A stretch of 64,000 nt of DNA from Eledone cirrhosa (taxonomy: Eukaryota), in contig OZ024743.1 in assembly GCA_964016885.1 (NCBI GenBank), positions 220,844,001 to 220,908,000 on the forward strand, given 5' to 3'. The position numbers and the translations under genes were made by a program. A model generated the notes under the pieces. The model did no database searches. It was not told the DNA's origin and was given only the letters and a program-made list of their open reading frames with translations. Each line of letters begins with the position of its first letter. The first letter of the stretch is position 1. This document shows, one piece after another, positions 41,911 through 56,200 of this stretch.

Positions 41911-42331
41911 AAAATGGTAAAGCGAAAAGTGAGATGCGAGTTAAAATAGAGAAGGCGTTGAGTTGAAAATTGCCAAATACAATTTCACAACCGACGGTTT
42001 TATTGCTTCAAATCTTTCTCGCCGTCGACAATATCAAGCGATTTGTTGACAGAAAGATATAAGAAAAATATAATACTAAGGAAATCGGCTTGTGGGATTT
42101 CACATATCGTCATATTTCTTTTTATATGTATTCATTTGTGAACAATTACCTCAACACACATATACGTATATATGTGTGCGTGGGTAATGCCAATTCGCGT
42201 ATGTATGTACGTATGTATGTATGTATGTATGTATGTATGTATGTATGTATGTATGTATGTATGTATGTATGCATGCATGTATGTATGTATGTATGTATGT
42301 ATGTATGTATGTATGCATGCATGTAAGCATG

Positions 42332-42375
<44 letters not shown>

Positions 42376-42753
42376 CGTAAAGAAAATCAGTGGCATAAAA
42401 TATGATGTATTGCAGCTTAGAGACAGCGAGCAACAGAAGGTGTTTATATAGATTATTCATGAAAGTCAGAGCTGTATTAAGGGAAATGTCTGCAATTTAG
42501 TATATGGAATACTTGTATACTACTCCAATACCACTCTCATGATGCCAGCTCATCCTATCTATAATTATAATGAAACGAATCCAGGAAAATTTGTGATATA
42601 TAGTTCATAGCTCGATGAACCCCCCAATCACTGTAAGGCATTCGAATTTGTAATACCCAAAAGAAAATTGTTACAAGAAAAATAAAGTAGTTCTGTCATT
42701 CATAGACATTACATTATGCCCACAGATATGTATATACTAAACACACTCATACA

Positions 42754-42835
42754 CGACAGCTAGATCCGAACTTCTAGTTCGGATCTAGCTGTCGAAACAC
42801 CCTGAGCTAAGCCGTCGGGGTCTTAACTCGTTTCC

Positions 42836-42836
<1 letters not shown>
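42754..42836 (+). mobile_element. Family P7 relic with a perfect 19-bp hairpin before GAAA
   Basis: cgacagctagatccgaact-tct-agttcggatctagctgtcg-aaa..gccgTC. Confidence 0.65.
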
Positions 42837-42866
<30 letters not shown>

Positions 42867-42913
42867 TTATTTAGTTAGTTAGTTAGAAAGTGAACAGCAC
42901 AATATATAACTAT

Positions 42914-42978
42914 TCCATTACCAAAGGTTTCAGGACCTAGACTATATTAACATACTTCTAGTTCGCTCATCAGATAGA
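42914..42978 (-). ncRNA. Type-I hammerhead ribozyme motif
   Basis: Minus: tctat-CTGATGA-gcgaactaga..tctaggtcct-GAAA-cc(ttt)gg-TA-atgga; GUA cleavage triplet; stem II has two mismatches. Confidence 0.65.
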
Positions 42979-43007
42979 GACGTTATCTTTTTCTTCAGAA
43001 ATACTTA

Positions 43008-43044
<37 letters not shown>

Positions 43045-43065
43045 CATATATATATAGTAATAATA

Positions 43066-43247
43066 ATTGTTTCTACGTTTGGCACAAGGCCAGCAATTAC
43101 ACAGTGTATTACTGGTACTTTATTTTATCGACCCCGTAAGGATGAAAGGCAAAGTTAACCTCCGCGGGATTTGAACTCAGAATGACAAGGGCTGTAACTC
43201 CATACGTCAAAGCATGGCGTCCGACCCTCTACCGATACTGCCAATCC
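43066..43247 (-). mobile_element. SINE family A
   Basis: Full body match. Confidence 0.92.
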
Positions 43248-43624
43248 ATAAATATGGAAGGTAGTACTAAGTACTAGTCAGTTATCGGTAGGAGAAAAGG
43301 CTTATCAAGTGTATTACAGAGCCGAGATAAAACATTTTAAAACAATCAAATCTTAGTTTACTACATTTATATGCTGACAATTGTTCCTTCCAGAGGGATG
43401 TCTGGAATCATCGGAGAATGTTTAAACAGAACATTTAGGTAGATACATTACTCTTGTCAGTGTCATAGACATCATATAAAAAAATCGTGAGTAAAAAAGA
43501 ATGTTATGCTTCAGAAAACACAATGGTGAAAAGTGAAAAATGAAGCATATTATGTATAAAAAGATATTGTTTAAGGTAATACATGTGCAAAAAGTACAAG
43601 CTTGTACAGCATAATCTCCTTGAC

Positions 43625-44210
43625 ACCTGCTGGGCCGCTGATTCTCTCTAATGTGGATGTCTTCTTTTCTCTGTCCCATATCACTATGTTTGGTCTGTTA
43701 TACTTGCATTTTATTTGAACTTTGACTGCATTGTAACTTTATTTTTATTCTCAGGTCTATCCTTTCTATGAATTGCACAGCATAGTGTATTGGCCACTAT
43801 ATAATTGTTTCTATTTTTGGCACAAGACCAGCAATTATCCCAGTGTATTACTGGTACTTTATTTTATCGACCCGTATGGATGAAAGGCAAAGTTAACCTC
43901 GGCGTAATTTTAACTCAGACCATAAAGGGCCGTAACTCTTTTCTGCAAAGCATGGCGTCCGACCTTCTACCGATATTGGCAATCCACAGCCCTCTATTGG
44001 CCACTATATAATGACTCATAGTTAGACAGCATCATGGTGACATCTTTAGACTTTAGTTACTTATCATGTGTGTGACACCTTCGGGTCTGCATCTGTTGTC
44101 ACATCTAGGTGTTTTGCAGGCATTCCTATCTTTTTTGTGCATCCGGTATTTCGTTGTAATTACCTGTTCTTGGATTACAAAGAAAATGTCCTTCAAAGTT
44201 AGAGCTAATA
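43625..44210 (-). mobile_element. Diverged fragment of the (TACA)n-associated R4-like LINE family, interrupted by a SINE
   Basis: 44060-44210 aligns to 46135-46295 (IQEQ.I.TKY); 43660-43715 aligns to 45890-45943 (NRP); 5' junction abuts (TATG)n. Confidence 0.8.
43806..43994 (-). mobile_element. SINE family A with 18-bp TSD, nested in the LINE fragment
   Basis: TSD tattggccactatataat at 43788-43805 and 43995-44012. Confidence 0.95.
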
Positions 44211-44230
44211 TGTGTGTATGTATGTATGTA

Positions 44231-44261
<31 letters not shown>

Positions 44262-45361
44262 TGAACTCGTAACATGCAATAGAATCATAGGGGGCGCCGT
44301 AGTGATACACAGCGTGTGTTCGGCTTATATATTGTTGCGTATAAATCACCTGCTATAGTTTAATCGTTTCTCAGTACTGAATGGGTAAACATCAATGCCG
44401 TTCTCATGTGGGTATTGAGATAACTGTGAAACCATCACCAAAGATATTTTCCAATATAAGGTAGTCAAACAGATACAGTGTTTAACCCTGAATTGTAGGG
44501 ATATCTCTCCAAAGAAAATAGGAGTATATACAGAAAACTTAAAGCACAGAAACAATTGAAAGAAATGAAAGGAATCTAGTTTGAAACTTCTAGTGTTTTA
44601 CTGTGGATATATAATGTGGCGCAAAGTCACGCACCACCTTAATCACGAAAAAAACCGTTTATATAAAAGAGACGGTAATAGTTTATTTTATTTACATAAT
44701 ATTCATTATCACAAAATTATTAACTCACAACAAAAAATTGGTTAAAATAATTGTTGAAACTGATTTGCCTCACATTCATTACATTTCTGAAAAAAAAACC
44801 AAAGAGAATTTTGTACATTGAAAACTTGTTTTCAGTTAATACTTCATGCCATCTCGAACGAGTTTTATAGACAACAGACTTAAGATATTATGGCACAGCG
44901 TTATTTTACAGGTGCAAGGCAATACGAGAGAGAGAGAGAGGGAGAGAGAGAGAGAAAGCGAGAAAGTGTGTGAGAGAGAGAGAGGGGGAGAGAGAAACAG
45001 TCAGATAAGCTCGACACCTTAACCACTACGCTGTGCATCTTCAATAAATAGGCAGTAAAATCTATCATCACTTCCATGCACCAAAGCACCAATCGTTGAT
45101 ACGTTAGATTAGAATATCATATCAATAAAACATTTCCACCAAATTTATATTAGAGATTCGAATTGGGTGGGGATCGTTAATGGTAAATAATCGGTTCTTC
45201 CTATTAAGGTTATACAAATAGCAAACATATAATGGAGAACGTGATCTATTGATGAATCTAAAGATTGTACTTGTCCAATGTAGAATAAAGTGTGTATTTA
45301 ACATTGGTAGATTTAGTTTGCTGTATACTTCATGTATAAAAAACATTGACACACGTTTTTG

Positions 45362-48300
45362 TATGTATGTTCTTCTGGTTTTATAATTTCACAAATGTTT
45401 TCCCAATAGAGAGTCGGTTTCTAACATAGACACAAGACTCTATCATTGGAATTTACACAACATCAACTAGGTAGATTATGTATGCATGTGTAGATATGGA
45501 TGTTATTGTATGTGTGGATGTGTATGTTTTGAGTTCTATGTGTGCATGTGTATATGCTTTGTATCTGTACATGTGTATATGCAGTTATTAGATGCAACAT
45601 TTTTGGAATGTTTTACATAATTTTACTGTTACATTAATGGATTGTACTTGTAATTTCCTAATTAGTTGTGTTTTTTCTATTCCTGTGAAGCCTAGCTTCT
45701 CAGGATTTTTATTGAGGCAGTTACTAACATACCCCAGTGCCCCAATAATCACAGGCATGAATCTGGTGTAATCAGGGTGGAGTATCTGCAGATTTCTCAT
45801 CAGTTCTGCATAAATGTTCTCCTTTTCGCTAATCTTTGATATTACATTGGCATCTGCTGGGCAGCTAATTTCCACTACTATGCATGCATTCTTCTCCCTG
45901 TCCCATATCATAATATCTGGTCTGTTATGCCTGCATTTTATTGGGGTTTTTACTGGAAGATTCCACCAGTACTCTTTCATACTATGTACATGGATGTCTT
46001 CCACATTGCTGTAGCTTTTAATGTGTTTAATATCGGGGCTCTCTTTTCTACGGATTGCATTGTACAGTATTATGACCACTACATCATGCCTCATAGGTAG
46101 ATAGTACCGCGATGACATCTTTGGACAGCGGCTTATGACATGGGTGATATCCTCGATGTTAGTTCTGCAGAGTCTGCACTTATTATTACATTTAGGTGTT
46201 TTGCCTGCATCCCTATCTCTTTTGTGAATCAGGTATTTCGTGTTAATCTCCTGTTCTTGGATTGCAAAAGCGTATCCTTCAAAGTGGGAGCCAATAGAGC
46301 GGTTGTTGGTCCAAAATAGACTACTTTCCTTATCTATATTGATCTAACTCTGGAGCTTCCTGGCAACATATCCATGCATGATTTTTTGCTGATAAGCATG
46401 CAGTTTTTCATCCATGGATTCACTGCGATACTGCTGAGCGACTTTCCTGGGTGTGAGTTTTTGATTATCACACAGGGAATATCTCCCGAGGAGTTCCTTC
46501 CCAACTCTCATGATCCTATCAGTTTCATGCAGATAGACTTGCTCGAGAGACGGGCTCCTACGCTTCGAGGTTCCTAGATGTTGTCGGAGAGATATGATGC
46601 GATATTCAAATGCTGTCTGGACTGATGTTAGGCCTCTGCCTCCCTGCTTATGTTTCAAGTAAAGGCGGTCTATGTCACTGTTGATGCGGAAGTTTCCGGT
46701 GTTGTTCAGTATTTTTCGAGTTCCAACATCAACTTCTCGGATTTCGTCTATCGTCCAATTGAGTATTTCAAACGTTGGTGTTAGGACAGGCACAGCAAAC
46801 ACATTGTGAACCAATGTTTTGTTTTGCGCAGAGAGTTCCGATGACCAAATCTTGTTTAATCGGGTGTAGTATTCCCTGGTTTCGCGTTCCTTATTACAGA
46901 TACAATTATAGGATATGTTCTCATCTATCCTCAGGTATCTGTAGCAGTCCTCATCAGATATCGGTGAAACAGTTAGGCCATTGATGACAATGTTGCGAGA
47001 TTGGGTTGTTGTTTTTCCCTGCTTTAGAGTCATGTATGAGCATTTATCTTGGTCAAAATCCATTCCTATATCCTTTGAGAACGTTGTAACCAGGTCAAGA
47101 ATTTTGTTCATCCCATCCATGTTCTTGGTATAGAGTTTCAGATCGTCCACAGAGAAATTATGGGTTAGGTTCGTATTTCTGTTCTCCTGTGAGCCAATGA
47201 TGTATCCCTCACATTTCTTGAGCAGAAAGGACAAGGGGTTTAATGAAAAGATGAATAATATCACAGAGAGACTGTCCCCCTGAAATATACCCCTGCAATA
47301 TTTTATTTTATCAGTGAAAATAGAGTCCTCCCTCTCAGTCTTTAACCTTAGGATAGTAGCCCAAGAAGACGACAGCCTCTCTATGGCTCTGACAATAATG
47401 TCTGCGAGTTTAGCAAGTTGGAGGGCCTTATCATCCAAGAGTTGGGGACAGAATCAAAAGCTTTCCTGTAGTCCAGCCAGACTATAGCCATATTCCTCCT
47501 ATGTTGTAGCACCTCCAACATCGCAGTTTTGTTGATTAGGAGTTGTTCAGCACATTCCCAAACCTCTTTCTTTCCAGCTGCTTGTTCATCCGTGATGATG
47601 TTATTATTTTCACAGTGATCTTGGAGGAATAGGTTCAGGCAGGCTGTATACATCTTATACATCAGGTTCTGGCATGCAATGGGTCGGTAGTTTTTTGCCA
47701 AGTGAGTGTCTTTGTTCTTGGGGACCAGTAATGTTTGTGGTAATGTCAACAATTCTGGTATAAGCGTATCTCCCTTAAGAATTTGTTGGTAGAGGTCAGT
47801 AAGATACCTCCGATAGAATATCATTTTTTGTACCAGTAGCCGACAATCATGTCTCTTCTTGGTGTTTTCTTATTTTGGAGTTTTCCTATCACAGTCTCAA
47901 GGGTACCCTCACTTATTTCGTATGTTTTTATTATAGTGTAGGAGAAATAGTTCTTTCGGATTTCTCTTAGCCACACTGCATCTTGGTTGAAATTCTTCTT
48001 TCCATCCCATATTTTGCTCCAAAAGGAATCTATGTCTTTCTGGGATGGGGCCTCAGTGATACTTATTATTTTGCTCTTCATATCTCTATAGACATGTTTC
48101 GTTTCGTCTGAATCTTTTATTAAGCTCTTTTCTCTCATCTACCTTCTTCAGGTATCGGCGTTTTTCGCTAACAGCTCTCAATTCTTGTTTGAGGGTGAGC
48201 AGCTTATATTGAAGAGTTCTGGTTCTACTGTTACCAAACATCGTCTCTATTTTATTTTTCACTCTTTGTTGGTGAGGAATGAGGTTTTTCTGTGTTTGTT

Positions 48301-49489
48301 TGCATGTAAAGAGCATTGTCACATATCCTATGGTTTTTCGTAGGTCAGCAATCTTTTTTTCTATTTTAGTTATATATTATGGTATTTTTGGTGGTGTTTT
48401 GTTCTTGTTAATATCTCTGCTATTACCAAGATAATGCTTCACTGTCGTTGCTAGGGCATATAAACAGGCGTTGATTTGCCAAAATGTTGGGGTTTTTATC
48501 CGTCGTAAATATTCATCCCTTATTTCGTCAATAACACGTAATATTTCATTATTTGTTGTTTTTTTTTTTATTAAACATTGTTGTTTTAATACGTTCAGCA
48601 AGAGAGATATTGATACATGAATTAATTTCTCTCTGGAAGATTTTGTTGAGGGAAATTTTCAATTGTTTATACTTTTGATTATTATCATTATCGATAGTAT
48701 TTTCCACAACAGTCGAGGTAGACTCGGATGGTACACGTGGTGTCATATTTATTCGATTATTATTATTATTTCTTCGATTATTATTATTATCAATAGTGTT
48801 TTCCCCAGCATTCGAGGTAGACTTAGATGGTACAGGTGGTGTCAAGTTTCTTACAGGCATAGTTGTTTCAAGGCACTGTTCGACCTGGCTGCTAGGAAAT
48901 CTAGTATCATGGCGACCTGTAGCACGTGTTGTTGATTCCATGTTTGTTGTGGGGGACTTGCAATTAATAATATTTATCTTATTTTTACGTTCAACAAACG
49001 TCGCTTGTTGGCGTAATTGTTTCGCTGTGAAATAATTTAGCTCTGGGTGTATTTCGTCCCAGTGTAGCTTCATTCTATTCATATAGCCAATGGAGGGATT
49101 GTTTTTTGCCATTTTATAACAATTAAATAAATCACTATTAAGTTCGCAACTCCAAGAGAAATGCGATTTATAATTTCGGTTTCTTCTGTAGCTACAACTG
49201 AATAAGGTTTGTTTACCTTTCCTGTTGGTTGTCTTCGATACTTCCTTAATTTTCTTGTTGATGTTGTGTTCAGCCATGCTGTTTGTAGCAAATCCTTGTA
49301 AAATGAATTATGTATTTAGTCAGATATCTCTACGAATTCGAATAAAAGGTGTCTTCAGAAGATTTAGTTAGAAGAATAACCAGTTATTCAACATGACTAT
49401 AGTTGTGGCATTACTGTCGGAGATAGTATTCATCTTAAATTTAATAAATAGTCTCCCACGCCAAAATATGCGACTGATCGCGTTGACTG

Positions 49490-49490
<1 letters not shown>
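45362..49490 (-). mobile_element. Near full-length R4/Dong-clade RLE non-LTR retrotransposon
   Basis: Single broken ORF; (TATG)n at both termini (45361-45370 and 49493 onward). Confidence 0.9.
45588..49277 (-). pseudogene. R4/Dong-type ORF: Myb-like N-terminus, RT, CCHC, RLE
   Basis: WSCELNSDLFNCY..GYMNRM..W..KQLRQQA; NYRPIACQN; WLDYRKAFDSVP; RGIFQGDSLS; SVDDLKLY; GGRGL; CRLCRTNIEDITHVISRC; RHDVV; HNRPDIMIWD..VEISCP. Confidence 0.92.
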
Positions 49491-49521
<31 letters not shown>

Positions 49522-49693
49522 TGTATGTATGTATGTATGTATGTATGTATGTATGTATGTATGTATGTATGTACGTACGTACGTACGTACGTACGTACGT
49601 ACGTATGTATGTATGTATGTATGTATGTATGTATGTATGTATGTATGTATGTATGCATGCATGCATGTATCTATGTATTTATGTATGTATATA

Positions 49694-49991
49694 TTTTGGT
49701 AAATATCATCTTGGTTAAGAGAGTGGGACTGGCTTTGTGCCGTGCCTTTGCTCACTATAAAAGCTTCACGGCACAGGCATTGCTTTATATCTGGAGATCT
49801 CTCTGCACTTGTCGTCACATTGTACCATGGGCCCAGCACTGTGTCAATAATTGTCACAAGTGTAGTGTTTGTACCAGAGTTTTCAAGTCGCTGGCTGGAC
49901 TAAAAAGTCACACTCGATCAGCGCATCGGTAGCGGTTCTCCTACATGGATATAAAGTAGTGGCCGTACTCGAAAACGAGTTGGCAGCCACC
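49694..49991 (+). mobile_element. RTE-derived element 3' part with C2H2 zinc-finger remnant, in (TATG)n
   Basis: CSVCTRVFKSLAGLKSHTRSAHR* ending at 49932; copy of 28740-29035. Confidence 0.75.
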
Positions 49992-50035
49992 GTGTATGTA
50001 TGTATACATGCATGTGTTTAAGTATGGATGGATGA

Positions 50036-50123
<88 letters not shown>

Positions 50124-50228
50124 TTATACAAACATATATATATACACACACTTACAAGCGCATGACACACACTTATATATATATATATGCATGTATCTTT
50201 CTCTCTCTCCCTTTTCCCCCTCTGTCTC

Positions 50229-50320
<92 letters not shown>

Positions 50321-51026
50321 AGTGCAGATTCAACTATAATCATCCAAAATGGTTTAAACCGAACGCAGAAAATAGTAAGTTGAATGAAGTACATAGAAGA
50401 AATGTAAAAATGAATAATCAGTAGCCTAAAGTATTTTATAAACTAAATAATTTGCTCGAAAGAAATCAAACCCATCGGCTACTTACAGTTGTTTCCTTAT
50501 GCGAAAATATAACATTTAAAACATACATTGCTGTAGGTCGCCATTTTGGAAAACACATCGCATCATAGCGAAGTGAGTAAATACGTATGTTTTACGTAAG
50601 GAGACTTCAATAGCCGTCGGCGTTGGTTTCAATCGATCAGTACACATAAATGCCCACACACAAACACACACACACATTCACAACCCTAAACACTCAAATA
50701 CACACACATACAAACATGAATTCACATCCACACATACATACATATATATGAGAATGGGGAAGGCTGTGTATATCTATGAATGTGTATCTGTGGGGGTTTA
50801 TATTCTATATATCCATGTCCATATTTCTAAACATCTCTTTCAAAATATCGTTATGTTATAGAAAGACAGTATGATCAATACCTAATGCAGAGCGTTCTAT
50901 TATGTAATCAAATATACATGGTAGGATAAACACATTTAGGAATACAAACATTTACTGTTAAAATCCTATTTATATAAATATTAGTATTTGTATTTATACC
51001 CCTATATGTATACATTACATTGTATT

Positions 51027-51072
<46 letters not shown>

Positions 51073-51241
51073 GTTTAAAAGGTAAACAGAAATAACAAAA
51101 CAGTATATGGAAGGAATATATTAGTTTAACGCCCCCCTCCCCCATATATATATATATATATATATACATATATAGAATAAGTCCTTTTCAAATACAAAAA
51201 CAGATAAATGTAGGTGAAGTTATTACAGCTCAGGTTTAATA

Positions 51242-51312
51242 CAGAAATGGCTTTTACAAGACTAGATCTATTTCATTCAAAAGGAATCATCTAGTCTTGT
51301 ATAAACCATTTC
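51242..51312 (-). ncRNA. Family P6 hammerhead-like relic enclosed by a ~22-bp stem
   Basis: Minus: agaaatggtttatacaagacta-GATGA-ttccttttgaat-GAAA-taga-TC-tagtcttgtaaaagccatttct; CT of the core missing. Confidence 0.5.
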
Positions 51313-51482
51313 TATATTAAACATGATGTCTACACACTACTAACTGTGGTTAATCCCGATTGAACCCTGAACTCAAACATAAACAGGCATATACACATAT
51401 ACACATAAACTCAAACATAAACAGACATATACACATATACAGATATACACACAAACTCCCCCACACACATATATACACACAT

Positions 51483-51514
<32 letters not shown>

Positions 51515-51918
51515 GTTTACACATATAGAAATGTTTCGGTCAGTCTGGATCACTGCATGCAGTCATTTTATTTATGTCTTTGTTTATTATGAATATTATA
51601 GATGTATGTTAAGAGGAAGGAACATTCCTATATCGATTACAAACCTTCAGGATATGGTTGATCTAATATACGGGAGTTGGTATTACTCAGCTGATATATA
51701 TAATATTGAAAATTAGCTGTCGTAAATTTCCCGATTGCGTAAGCAATTGAGAGGTCGTACAGATATTATATTTATATTCAAATATCCGTTCACTAGATCA
51801 GAACACATTAAACAATTTAAGCGAAATATTTGGCAAATATCTTATACTCTTATAACACACATTACAACATTCGTACATTTATATCACATACTGCTTCTCT
51901 ACCCTTATACATACACAC

Positions 51919-51988
<70 letters not shown>

Positions 51989-51991
<3 letters not shown>

Positions 51992-52150
51992 AACGAATAG
52001 GACCCCGACGGCTGAGCTCAAGCCGTTTCGACGGCTAATTTTTTTTTTTAGTCCAGAATTAGCCGTCGAATTACCCACTCTACTACCCTAAGTATGGAGT
52101 ACTTTGGTGCGTTATGGTCCACCTGGTACCTTACCACATTTCCTTCGTTA
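51989..52150. mobile_element. Family P7 relic with inverted head
   Basis: ttcgacggctaatt..aattagccgtcgaa; tail matches 3945-4024. Confidence 0.7.
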
Positions 52151-52188
52151 TATATATATATTTACATATATATATCAACATGTGTATA

Positions 52189-52230
52189 TACGAGGTGGTA
52201 TCAAAAGGTTTCCGGATTAGTTCTGTAGCA
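52189..52230. mobile_element. Possible mariner TIR remnant
   Basis: TA-cgaggtggtatcaaaaggtttccgga resembles mariner termini; no partner TIR found. Confidence 0.35.
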
Positions 52231-53188
52231 TATCTCGCGCTCTGATCGATCGACAAGATCCCAGACCTTATTCGTTTGCCGAGTAGGGAGGACCTCGTCA
52301 AATTGGACCAAGGAAACAATGTTTCCGTTGGTATTTCCATTGCTGATACTATATACCGGTCGCAAATCCTGGTAGAAAGAGCAACGTGAAATAACGTGTC
52401 TTGCTGAAGGACGCAACGCATTACCCGGTCCGAGAACTGAACTCACAACCTCACAATTGTGAATCCATCTATCTAACCACTAAGCCACGCGCCTTCACTG
52501 TAGCATATAAACAACTTGAAATTTGAAATTTCAAAAAGTGTGTCCCAACGAAAATGTCGTCTTCAATGAGAATTGAAGACGACAATTGCAAATATTAGTG
52601 GAGAAAATCGGGTAAACTATTCTAAAGACGGTAAAAGTGGATAATGGCATCTGTGAGGAATTGATCCCCACTTCTCTCGAATCGTTAAGCACTGCCCATT
52701 TAGAACACTTTAAACATGTAGCTAATTGTGCAAACAAAGCGGTTGATTTATGGAACATTTGCGAAATTCGAAATTTGAAATGGGTTTAAAATATTTGCAA
52801 AACTGTATCGGTGCTGAGAGGCACTTTAGCATAGTAATTAATGTACACAGTCGGGATCCGAGAGATACCGGGTTCGATTTCCTGAAGGCGTTTCTGTCTA
52901 ACTTTACCCGATATACTCAACTATTTATACTGATCAACTATTCTTATGATCATTTACGTTGGGATGCACACATCTCCCAGGATGGCTTTAGCCTGTCGGT
53001 TGGAACACGCTGTAGTAGATTAATATATATATATGTATATACACACACACACACACACATATACTGTATATATATATATGGGGGGGGGGGGGGTATTGTG
53101 TGCGTGCATATCACCGCCTCAAGGGATCTAATGGCTTGTACTTCCCTCCATTTCTTTTTACATCAAAACACTTTATAGCTAACTTTTT

Positions 53189-53228
<40 letters not shown>

Positions 53229-53839
53229 ATATATATATTCTCGGAAAGTTACTCTCGGCACAATCGATGGCAAGGTGTTTTGTGGAATGTCATTCTACTC
53301 TCCCCACGCTTTCAATATTATTCCAAAGGAAGACAGATGCCGACACAGTTCCGTACCAGTCACATCAAACTCATTTTCGCTAGCGGAATAACTGGAGCCA
53401 CAGTGAAATAAGGTATCTTGTCGAATGACACAATGTGTCGTTCAGTCTGAGTCGTGAGACGCGTGAAATCTCTCTCAGGAACAAGGATCGTAATAATATA
53501 TGTCAATCTACAAATAGGACTACAACAATGGGTTCTATGATTTCCACGTGGAATATTAACTATTGAATAACCAGCAATAGACGAAATTTATGGTAACGGA
53601 TAAGAATTATAAAAACTGTCATTAACATCCTCCCTACCACTCAGAAATTCAAAAATCTATCGGAAAATTCAGTGGATTTTCAATCATTCAATTTGATCGG
53701 TGCAATAAGGCAAAACAAAAATAAATGTTATAATTTATTCCATTTAATGGAATGTTATTAATTTGATGCTTCATTCTCAACATTTAAAAAAAAATTATTT
53801 ATCACTGTTTTTAGACTCATCCTTTTTACGTCACATTTT

Positions 53840-56200
53840 ATTTTCTCTTTTTGTCTCTCTATACTTCTCTCCCTAACTCGCTCTATTTCCTTCTTTACCT
53901 TTCTCTATTTTTCTCACTCTCCTTCTCTCTTTATCCACCACTATCTTCTACCTCACTCTCACTCTCTTACCCTCTTAACCCACCCCTGTTTTCGCTTTCA
54001 CTCTCATTCTCTTTTCCTCTTTACCCAACTCTGTCTTCTCTCTCACTCTCGCTCTCTTTCTTCAGTTTCATTACACTCTCCCACTTTCTCTCTTTATACA
54101 TATCTGTCTCTCATTCTCTCTGTCTCTGCCTACCATTTATTCTCCCTCTCTCCCCCCTCTCTCAGCTACCTTTACCTTATCCTTTATCTCAACATTAACA
54201 CCCAGATCAATTTTTTTAATATTTTCCACGTTTTCTCAGCCTTTTATCAGCCCTTTTATCTCAATTGCTCTTTCTATCACTCTCTCAATCTTTCTCTCTC
54301 GCCCTCTTCCTCTTTTTCTACTTCTTTTCATAATATCTTTCTTTCCAAGTCCCTATCTTTCATCAAGCTTTAACTTTCCTCAAATTCCTCTACTACCCTA
54401 TCCATCTCCCTATTTCTTTCCTTCCAACAATTTACCTCTCTATCCCAAACAGCAACTAACTCCCCTGTTAAACATTGCTTTCCTCCCGTATTCATCTTCC
54501 TTATATATTTAATGTCTAGTATTCTCCATATCTCATGAACACAGTCCTTCTCTCACTAAGCCATCTATTTTCTTCTATACACCTCTGTGCATCTGTCTTT
54601 CTATCCTTTTATCCCTCTCTAATCCTTTTGCCACCGTTGCACGTCTATTCCTTTGCTCTATTGCTCTCTCTCCCTCTCACTCTCTATTTTTCTCTTTCTA
54701 TTTCACTTCCTCCTCTCTCTATATATATATATTCCTCCTTTTCGTCCTCTTTCTCAGCTCCTCACTCTTCCTCTCTCTCTCCCTCTCTAGCCCCCCCCCC
54801 CCACTTTCATTCTATTTTCATCGAACGCTCATTCCGTTAACTCTATTGTTCTCGAATATTCTCATAACGGCCGCTTTCGTTGCTCACTAATCTCATTTCC
54901 TCTCTCTCTCTCCCTCTCTCTCTCTCTAACTAACTTACCTTCATCTCTCGCTGTTTTTCCTTTCTCGTTTATGTTCATTCTTTCTATATCTCTATCCCTA
55001 TTCCCCCACTCCTTACCTCCACTTTTCTCATTCTTCTTAATTCGGTCTCTATCCATTTCAGTCTCTTTAATTTAATAACGCAAAACAGAGTAAAAAAGCA
55101 CACCAAATATGTCGGAAATATTGATGGAATTCTAACTTATTGGTGGTTACGCTTGAATTTTTACTTTTCAAATTGAGAAGTGGCTTTATGAATAAAGAAA
55201 AATCATATCAAATAGACTTAATAATCGCTATTTTTTTATATCGTTTATTTAGAGGTATTTTTCCTTTTCACTATTTCGCTTAATTTTCATTTCTTCCTGT
55301 TTGTGTTTTCACCCTTTTATTATTATCATTTATTTTTATTTATTTATTACACATTTTTGTTTATATTTATGCATTTATTGTTAATTTTGTCCGATCGATA
55401 TATGAACATTTCCACAGAATTTAAAAATAAAATATTTTTCAACACCCCAATTTTAACATTTCCGAATGTGTCCGAAAACTACTAAACTCCACCCCACCTC
55501 TCTCTCTCCCTCCACTATCTCTCTCTTTCTCCCTATCTCTCTCTTTCTATCTATATATCTCCCCTTCTATCCTCAACATTCACCCCCTCAACCTCTCCTA
55601 GTATTTTACAGTCAATCTATTCTATCTTCTCTCCATTTGACGCTTCTCACTATTTTCTCCACTAACTTTGTTAATATTTCTATCACTTACTACGCGTCCC
55701 CTTAATCTGTCACACGAGTATTATTACCTGTATCTCACATGTACCTCCCTTTTCCCATCATATAACTTCATCATCATCATTTACTCAGATCCCTCTTCCC
55801 TCATTTGTTTTTCACTAGGTTATTATCCGTTTCTTTCATTACAATTCTTACCTCTCACCGTCCTCTATTTTTCTTTCACCAAGTTCATTACCTTTCATTT
55901 TCCTTCCCACACCACATTCTCCCCTTGTTACATGATGATCTCTTACAAACCACCTCTGCCTTATCCTTCACTTACTAGTTCATCCTTTCTTATTACTAGA
56001 ATCCCTCCTCCCACTTCATCCTCTTCTCATTCGATCATTATCTCTTATTACCCTCCCTTCTCTCACCCTTTCATTATCTCTTACTCACAGCTGCTTCAGC
56101 CGTTTGATTTAAGTTTTCAAAATTTTTATCTCAATTTTTTTTTTCATTTTCCAACATTTATTTGATATTTTCTAGATTTAATTTATTTTATTTTACTTAA
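53840..56200. repeat. Long pyrimidine-rich low-complexity tract
   Basis: Strong C/T bias on the + strand, G nearly absent over much of it. Confidence 0.85.

Noticed and set aside
49290-49490. HDV-like ribozyme in the R4 5'UTR
   Set aside because: Plausible by precedent, but I could not build the double pseudoknot by eye.
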